Shown one piece after another: positions 57,236 to 64,000 of a DNA stretch of 64,000 bases. Numbering within the stretch: the first letter of the stretch is position 1; the number at the start of each line of letters is the position of its first letter. This stretch comes from Oikopleura dioica. Lineage: Eukaryota; Animalia; Chordata. Below the pieces are notes generated by a model. It was not told the DNA's origin. It made no database searches and saw only the letters and a list, made by a program, of their open reading frames with translations. The DNA lies in assembly GCA_907165135.1 (NCBI GenBank), contig OU015567.1:14632001-14696000 (forward strand), in the 5' to 3' direction. A program made the position numbers and the translations under genes.

Positions 57236-59011
57236 TCAATGCTCAACTTTGGTGCAAGTTTTTTCGACAGTGATAGTGATTGGTTTGATGACAAGGTCCT
57301 TTTTACTCCTCCTTGATTTCTTCGGATTTCGCGATGCGCTGATTTCCGTCGCGGTTAGGCCTGGTAAATCGAGAACAGCGAGAATTTCATCTTTGCCGAT
57401 TTTGTTCTTTTTGGCGAACTCTTCTTGGGAAATCTTACAGTAGCTTTCCTGCAGCTCGTTTTTGTACTTGACAGCAGGGGCGGACGGGTACTGCATGTTC
57501 GAGGCCCAAATAGCGGAGATTTCTTGGCCAGTTGGCAATGGCACTGGAACGGGATTGTATTCCGATTCCATTGACACCGTTCTCGAAGCAGAAGAAATCG
57601 CTTTCTTAGCGCCAGAGGAAATTGCTACTCGTTGACCAAAAATGGACACCTTTTCTGTTTTCTCGGGCTAGAATGTTTTTTGAACGTATATTTGTTTTTT
57701 ATAACTTACCTCAAGTTCTTTTTCATTCTTGACATGAACATAAATTGTCCTCTCAGCGAAGGGCATCGGAATAGGTGGGGGTTTCGATTTTGGCGGTTGA
57801 AATATTTTCGTAAAGTGAGAGGATGCACTGGACATTGCAGACTCAGAAACATTTCCCGGGTCGTAAGAATCCATTCTCGACAGAGATTTGGACTGGACCG
57901 TATTCGGTCCGTACAAGCCATAGTTGGGAATCATGTTGCCTTTTTAGGTTAAAAATATTTTTTTCTCTAAAGTTCTCCGAAAATGTTAACCAATTCCTGT
58001 GTAACTGGCAAATGAATCCCTCGATGGATCGCGCGACAAAGTATACGCTCTTTGTGCATCGCCGATATTCGCAAAACTATGCCGGGCAAGTCCGACGTTA
58101 GAGTTTCGCTTCCATACTTTTCGATTGCCAATGTTGACCTTTTCATGGGCGAAATCAACAGATTTTTGAACGGGCTCTTTTTTATCCGGCAAAGATGATA
58201 GTGTCTCTGAGTGCGGCTCTCGAATTGTTTTTATGTTTGGCATCGACCTTATTTTTTCTTGAAAAAGATACGGTTGACGCTTCTTACTTGAACGTTTCTA
58301 AGTTGAATGGATCTCCCCCGTCGTCGGAGTCGTTAGAGTCTTCAATCCATTCGTCGTACGAGTAATCGCTGCAGGCGCTTCTAATTTCTACTTCAACAGC
58401 ATAATCAGAAAGCTCGCTAGTAAAAGTTCCGGATTATTGAAATCTAGTTTACTATCAACTCACCTATCAGAGTTGAAATCGAAAGCGGATGTCGCTGAGC
58501 TCTCTCTTCTAGCGCCGAGATGACTTTTTCTGCTAGATTGAGATCGCTGTGAATTAGGCATGGATTTTTTACTCCCTCTCGAGCTTCGTGAAGATGTCGA
58601 TTCTCTTGATAAGGTTTTTTCGCTGTTTTTCAAAAGAGATTTTTTCTGAGGTTCCGGTTTCTTTTCTGGCTCTTCTGGTTGATTCTCTGTTATTTTTTTA
58701 TTCCGCTGTTGATCCACTTTTTGCTTGAATCGGTGGGAAATTAATTTTCGCAACGCGTCAGCAAGTGTTTCTTCAGTATCATCTGATTTCTTCTCTTGTG
58801 CGCTAGAATCTCCCTCGGGTGCTTTCTCATTTGCTGATTCCTCAATTTTGGATTCAGCACTTTGTTCATCATGTAAATCGGATGATTGTGGTGTTGAATT
58901 TGCATTTATATCGCTGTCGGATGATTTGTTCTCATTAGAGTCGGACTCATCATCATCATTTCGAGGTTTGCCATTTTCGCGAGGTGGGGGTTGAGGCGGA
59001 AGAAAGGGCAT
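57236..59011 (-). CDS. Uncharacterised low-complexity multi-exon protein
   Basis: Series of minus-strand ORFs (59011-58460, 58243-57986, 57934-57668, 57649-57236) separated by short GT-AG introns; no recognised domain. Confidence 0.55.
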
Positions 59012-59566
59012 TTTGAGGTTTTATTATGAATTAATTCGAAGGAAATGCTTTTGGAGAATCTTGTTGTTGGAAAAACGTGTCATGTAGCGAATCGTTTACG
59101 TATTTTGATCAAAACAATTTTATAAAGCCTTATTGTTGCAATAAATTAACCACAATTAAACCTTTTCCTGCATTAATTTGGGTGCTGAAGAAACATTCAT
59201 GACTCCGGAGCTTCGAAAGAATTTCTCTTCAATCGGCTTTTCCTCTTTGTTTTTCTCCGAATTTCCGAAATCTCCGCCAGCGGTGAAGTTAATCTCAAGT
59301 GATTCTAGCTCCGCGATTTTCGCGCTTTCCTCGGTACTACTTGCCATGGCTAATGTCTCGACGATTTTTGCTAGCTCTGCATAATAGACCTTTTGGTGCA
59401 ACGCAGCACAGAGATTAGAACTCGTATTCTTCATTACTGCGGCCCGGGGCCATTTCACCGCAATTTCTGTGAGCATTATGTACTTGTAGCTGAGGGGGAA
59501 CTTATGGAATTTCTGAGTTCCAGCCTTTGAAAAGTAAGATAAGCGCTGATAACGTGGCTTTCTAGC

Positions 59567-60183
59567 GCGCGAAAAAGAAACCAGCGAATGGGCCGCCTTG
59601 AGCGCAAAGGATCAGCGGGTACTCTACGCCGCCGAATTTGGATACACGAATTATGCGACCTACTTCGTTCATCTCAAACACAAACATGCCGCCGCGGTGG
59701 CCCTCCAAGCGCCACATTTGCTAGACAAACCTAAAATTGTAATTAAAAATCATCATTTACCAAAGCTGAAACCGATTTAAGATCTGGTCGAAGCTATTAG
59801 AAAGATCTCCTTGGGGAAGTTATTCAAGAAAGCGATTGATCTATTTTGTCCTGTCAACTGGATTTTGGATTGGTTTTTTCATCCTTTTAGCTAAATTTAG
59901 CCAGTACGACTGGCCACCGTATAATCTTCTTCCTGTTTTACTGCCGGTAGATATTTCATTTCCAACAGTTCATTATTCATTGAAATCATAGACGACTATG
60001 CGCCCCATCGACAGTCAAATCTTTAAATATTCCTACGACCCGTCCCTGTCAAAAATGACCCCTGTAGAAGTCGCGACAAAATATTGGCTTACGAAGGAGC
60101 TAGCAAATTTTGGAACTCACTTATCATGGGATTGCTCATATCATGGCTACCGAAGACCCTGGATGAATATTCAATTTTCCTGA
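59567..60183 (+). CDS. Probable exons of an uncharacterised gene
   Basis: Coding-like ORFs 59598-59780 and 59998-60183 with splice-like boundaries; start not resolved. Confidence 0.35.
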
Positions 60184-60445
60184 TTTGAACAACTGTTAAA
60201 TAAACTGTCAAATAAACACGCTTATTTGGTTTTTTTTTGAAGAAGTTATCGGCGTGTTCAAAGATTTACTATAGTCAGAGATCACTTTGTAAACACGAAC
60301 TGAGCTAATGTCAAGTAACTATGGAGACACTGAGAAATATACTTCTTTGCTGGAGGGCCGCCCAGCTTATTAGTCTTATGCTACCTGTAGTTCCCTTTTA
60401 CATCAAGAAAGAGATAAGCCGGAGATCAAATGGAATCTAATTTAG

Positions 60446-61887
60446 ATGAGGGCACTGGGATGGGCGAGACAGACAGTCGGAATCTGGAAGTTATCAGTTA
60501 GAAGGACTCATTATAAAACACTTGGGATTGACCAATCTGCGGATAAAAAAGGTTGGATTTCAAGACAACCGAAAATATAAAAAAGTTTAGAGATCAAGAA
60601 AGCGTATTTGCAAGCGGCAAAGGTGCATCATCCCGATGCAAATCCAGATGATCCAAAAGCGGCAGAAAAGTTTCAAAAATTCAAGCCGCGTACGAAATTC
60701 TTTCTGATGCGACAGCAAAATCAGAATATGACAATCAACTGAGGCCACAGTCTAGTGCAAGTGAATTTTACAGCGATGCTGGTTATAGTTACGATGAACC
60801 GTCATTTTCGAGTTCTGAGGAATGGGATCAGTTCGATCGCGACTTTGGATTCAGTGGGTTTAAATTCGCCAACGGAAGTTCTTCAGGCTCAAGACGAAGA
60901 GGGAACACAGGAGCTTATGATCCGTGGGAACAGTACGTTAAAAATCAACAAACAAGAAGCTTCTATCACGCTGCCATGGACGCAGGTCAGGGTTGGACAT
61001 TTTTATAACCATAAAAGTGTGTTTTCATCAAAAATACCTTTGTCCATTCTCGAAAAGAATACGGCGATCCAAACACGAACCACGACCATTATTCTCAATA
61101 TTTCAACGATGACGATATCTTCGACGATTTCTACTTTGAAGAATATCCGAATGAAAACTACCAGAGATATTCTTACAAGAACTTTGACCAGTGGGAGAAC
61201 CAGCGTCAGAAGTACGAGTCAATCTTCAATCAAAAATATGGTTTCAATAAAAAGCGGAAGAGCTCGTCGAGAAAGAGCTTTGAAGATTTAGAAGACGAAT
61301 ATTTCCGGCAAAAGGAGAGATATTGGGAGACGAAAACGCATTCCGGCGACGATTACAGTAATAGAGACTGGCGAGGGCCGTATTATGAAGAGTTTGACAA
61401 TGAACGCTATGGGTTTTATGATCAAGTTCAATACGAAGAATGGGAAGAGTGGATCAAGACGCAGCCGCGTTTCAAAGAAAATCAAAAGAAGAAATCAAAG
61501 CCGAAGCAACGAAAAAAGCCGAAAGATAAATCTGGTGAGATATCTTTTATGTACAAAGGAAGGAGCTCAGTAGTTTGAGCAAATATTTATATTATGCATA
61601 ATTTGAGTTCTTGCGAGTAAAAAACTCAAATGTGATTTCAACTCTGAGAAATATTTCAGAAAGTTTGAAAAACGCGCAGCGGGTTCACGCCGAGCTGGAC
61701 GAATTCGGCCAGGCTAATATAGAAATGGATGGGAAACGGTTTAAAATTGCTGTTCAAAAAGGTATTCTGCGATTGTTGAAACTATTAATCGAGCAAGTGT
61801 AATTTAGACGGCTCCATTGTGATGGAAGACCTTGACAACTCAAACCCGTTCAAAGACAGTAAGAAGAAAAAGAAGAAAAGAAAGTAA
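60446..61887 (+). CDS. J-domain protein (HPD intact) with D/E/Y/F-rich tail
   Basis: [45 protein letters not shown]; Arg-rich, acid-free N-terminus; one A missing at 60675-60679. Confidence 0.82.
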
Positions 61888-61955
61888 ATGTTACTTTGTC
61901 CTAATTTAACGACTCCATGGAAGGCTGTTTGAGATGCAAATTGAAATGATTCAGA

Positions 61956-62605
61956 ATGTTGCTACGGGTCGCGAAGCACTGTATCGCAATCCAACGCTAT
62001 AATTACTACAACTTCCTAAAGATACCTCAACAAGCGCCAAGCTCTCAAATAAACGCGGCTTATTTGGTAAGGAGAAAATCAAATTTAAAATTTCTCTTCC
62101 TTGATTCCAAAACTGAGAAAACTTATTGAAATTATCATTTCAGGCGCTCCATGAAAAATTAACCGAGGAAGAAGACTACCACTCTTTAGAAAAACTAGAG
62201 CGCGCCTTTGTCATTCTTAGCGACGAAGAGAAACGGAGTAAATATGATAAATTTTTGACAATCCAAGCGGCGAAGGGAATCCTACGCAGCTCCAGTGGCA
62301 AAGTAGACCCGGAAGAGGAGCGAACAAAGGAGATAATGAGAAAAAACTATCCTGACATTGAAGCGCGCTTCAGCCAAAAGCAGCAAAGAATTGAGAGAAC
62401 CAGCGAAGCCAACACGGAAAGCACGAGAGTTACGCTCAAGGAATTCAAAGACAATCTGAAGAAAGGCGAAGAGGTGAAGCAAGAAGCGTTTCCTTTTATG
62501 CATTTGGTTGATACGAAAAATGCTCGAGTCCAAAATAGAAGGATGAAAGAGGGCGATTTGAAGGCTGACCTGAGAAAAGATTATAGAGACCTTTACTGCT
62601 CTTGA
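61956..62605 (+). CDS. J-like protein lacking HPD
   Basis: NYYNFLKIPQQA..QINAAYL|ALHEKL..LERAFVILSDEEKRSKYD. Confidence 0.7.
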
Positions 62606-62681
62606 AACTAACAATTCTTTTTTAAAAGAACTAACAGTCATAAACGATAGAAAATCTCGCTCGAATTATTCAAATTTTAGA

Positions 62682-64000
62682 ATGAGACCGAAATCACTCA
62701 TTTCCGACTACAATCCGTTATTGGATCCAAATTTACAGGGCCATTTCGCAACGAAATCAAAGCAAAAGAGTCTTCGTAAAGCTGGACTCGTAAGCTCGTC
62801 TTCTTTATCAAGAAATTATGCTTATTCAGATAAAACGAAATGGGGAAATTGTATCTGAACGCGAGTACAAGCTCCGGGCACAACATAAGGAGACAAAAGA
62901 GCACATGAAAGAAATTTTGCAAGAGTCGATTGTTCGCAGAGGTAAGAGACTTTTCTTCTTAGCCCACTTCAGCCATTTTAGCAATCGAAATCGAGAGACA
63001 GAGACAAGTTGCCATCAGGGACGAAATGGAACGCGCGGCGAAGCAAGAAAGAGTGCGACAGCTGCGGCTAGAACGCTCGAGAACGGCGCCTCATATGATT
63101 TATCCAGGAGTTCCTCCTCAGAGCGCGCCGAGGGGGTCCGCTTCAAAGCGATCAAATACTTCGAAACAGTCCAGTCGGGCTGGTAGCGCAATTCAAAGGG
63201 TCAGTTTTAGGACTCTTATTTGATGATCAATGAATTTTAGGACCATCCAGAAGAAAGCGTAGATGAAAACGACCCGAGAAATTGGACTCGTGAACAACAA
63301 GTCAACTACGTTGCCCAGCGAAAGGTAAGCATTTTTTCTCGCCACAAAGCTAAATTCCCAAAAGATGAAAGAACTTGACCGACCTACGCTGAAAATGCTA
63401 AAACGCGAAGCTGAGCGATCCAAAGCTTTCGGCCCCGGACCAAGTCCCTATAATTTTGACAAAGCTGATGCCAATGCTTTATCTCCCCCTCCTCGTGTTC
63501 CGCGGCCCATTGACGAGGATTACTCCGTTCATGAATCTCAAGAATACGTCAGAATGAAGAAGAGTAGCAATCACAGACTTCATCGAGCACAGCCTGGAAT
63601 GATTGTCAAAGTTCGGTAAGAAGTTATATCAACTCACATCGAAGATATTAAACTCAACCGTAGACAACAAAGTATGGTGGACGTTTCAATGAAATATCTC
63701 GGTCGACCGTCTGTTGGCGATACAGCTTTTCAAGAACGAGAAGATGTAGTCATCGAGCAACAACACTGTGGCGGTGAAAATATCAAAGTCTTTCATGGAA
63801 ATCTCAGACGAGGAGAAAAGTTTAAGTTCATTTCTCGACGACATCGTGGATATCCTTTCAGGTTTTTATTCATAAATTAATTGATATCATAATTAAATGA
63901 TAAAGTTTCGTGGTTTATGTTAACTCAATCCGAGTTGAACGAATTTCCTCGTGCTGTGAATATCGATACAAGAAAGGCTCGAAACTTGGTTGCGGAACTA
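62682..64000 (+). CDS. ERICH3: Glutamate-rich protein 3-like (DUF4590), 3' truncated by window
   Basis: YNPLLDPNLQGHF; QQHCGGENIKVF..FKFISRRHRGYPF; SSCCEYRYKKG. Confidence 0.85.

Noticed and set aside
59156-59476. 106-aa minus-strand ORF
   Set aside because: No domain recognised, and the region may instead hold 5' exons of the plus-strand gene; unresolved

Overview
Compact, intron-rich eukaryotic DNA, most consistent with the larvacean tunicate Oikopleura dioica. This is an inference from the 30-60 nt introns, GA/GG/GC donors and same-strand genes 55-300 bp apart whose ATGs follow AG acceptors. Bases 1-10,000 carry no convincing gene. They hold six copies of a palindromic hAT-like MITE (a seventh lies in a BCL6 intron) and a telomere-like repeat patch, upstream of a BCL6-family zinc-finger gene that seems to lack the BTB domain. 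From 13 kb on the window is gene-dense: atypical calpain, NXF1, CHST-like sulfotransferase, HPD-less DNAJA-like gene, CAPZB, MND1, two tandem ALYREF paralogues, ROCK, tropomyosin, SZRD1-like and LRRIQ3. These are followed by a probable operon (PRPS-TBC1D23-LSG1-GTF2H5-NDOR1-INPP5K-like, possibly RALBP1), a J-protein/J-like pair and ERICH3 (partial). Non-coding highlights are a 527-bp GG..CC element with an 8-bp TSD and inverted TTAGGG repeats in an NXF1 intron, and a 759-bp TTAA-flanked foldback nested in an older MITE in an LRRIQ3 intron. Three single-A homopolymer deletions look like assembly errors. Exon boundaries were read by eye and CDS coordinates are gene spans including introns.
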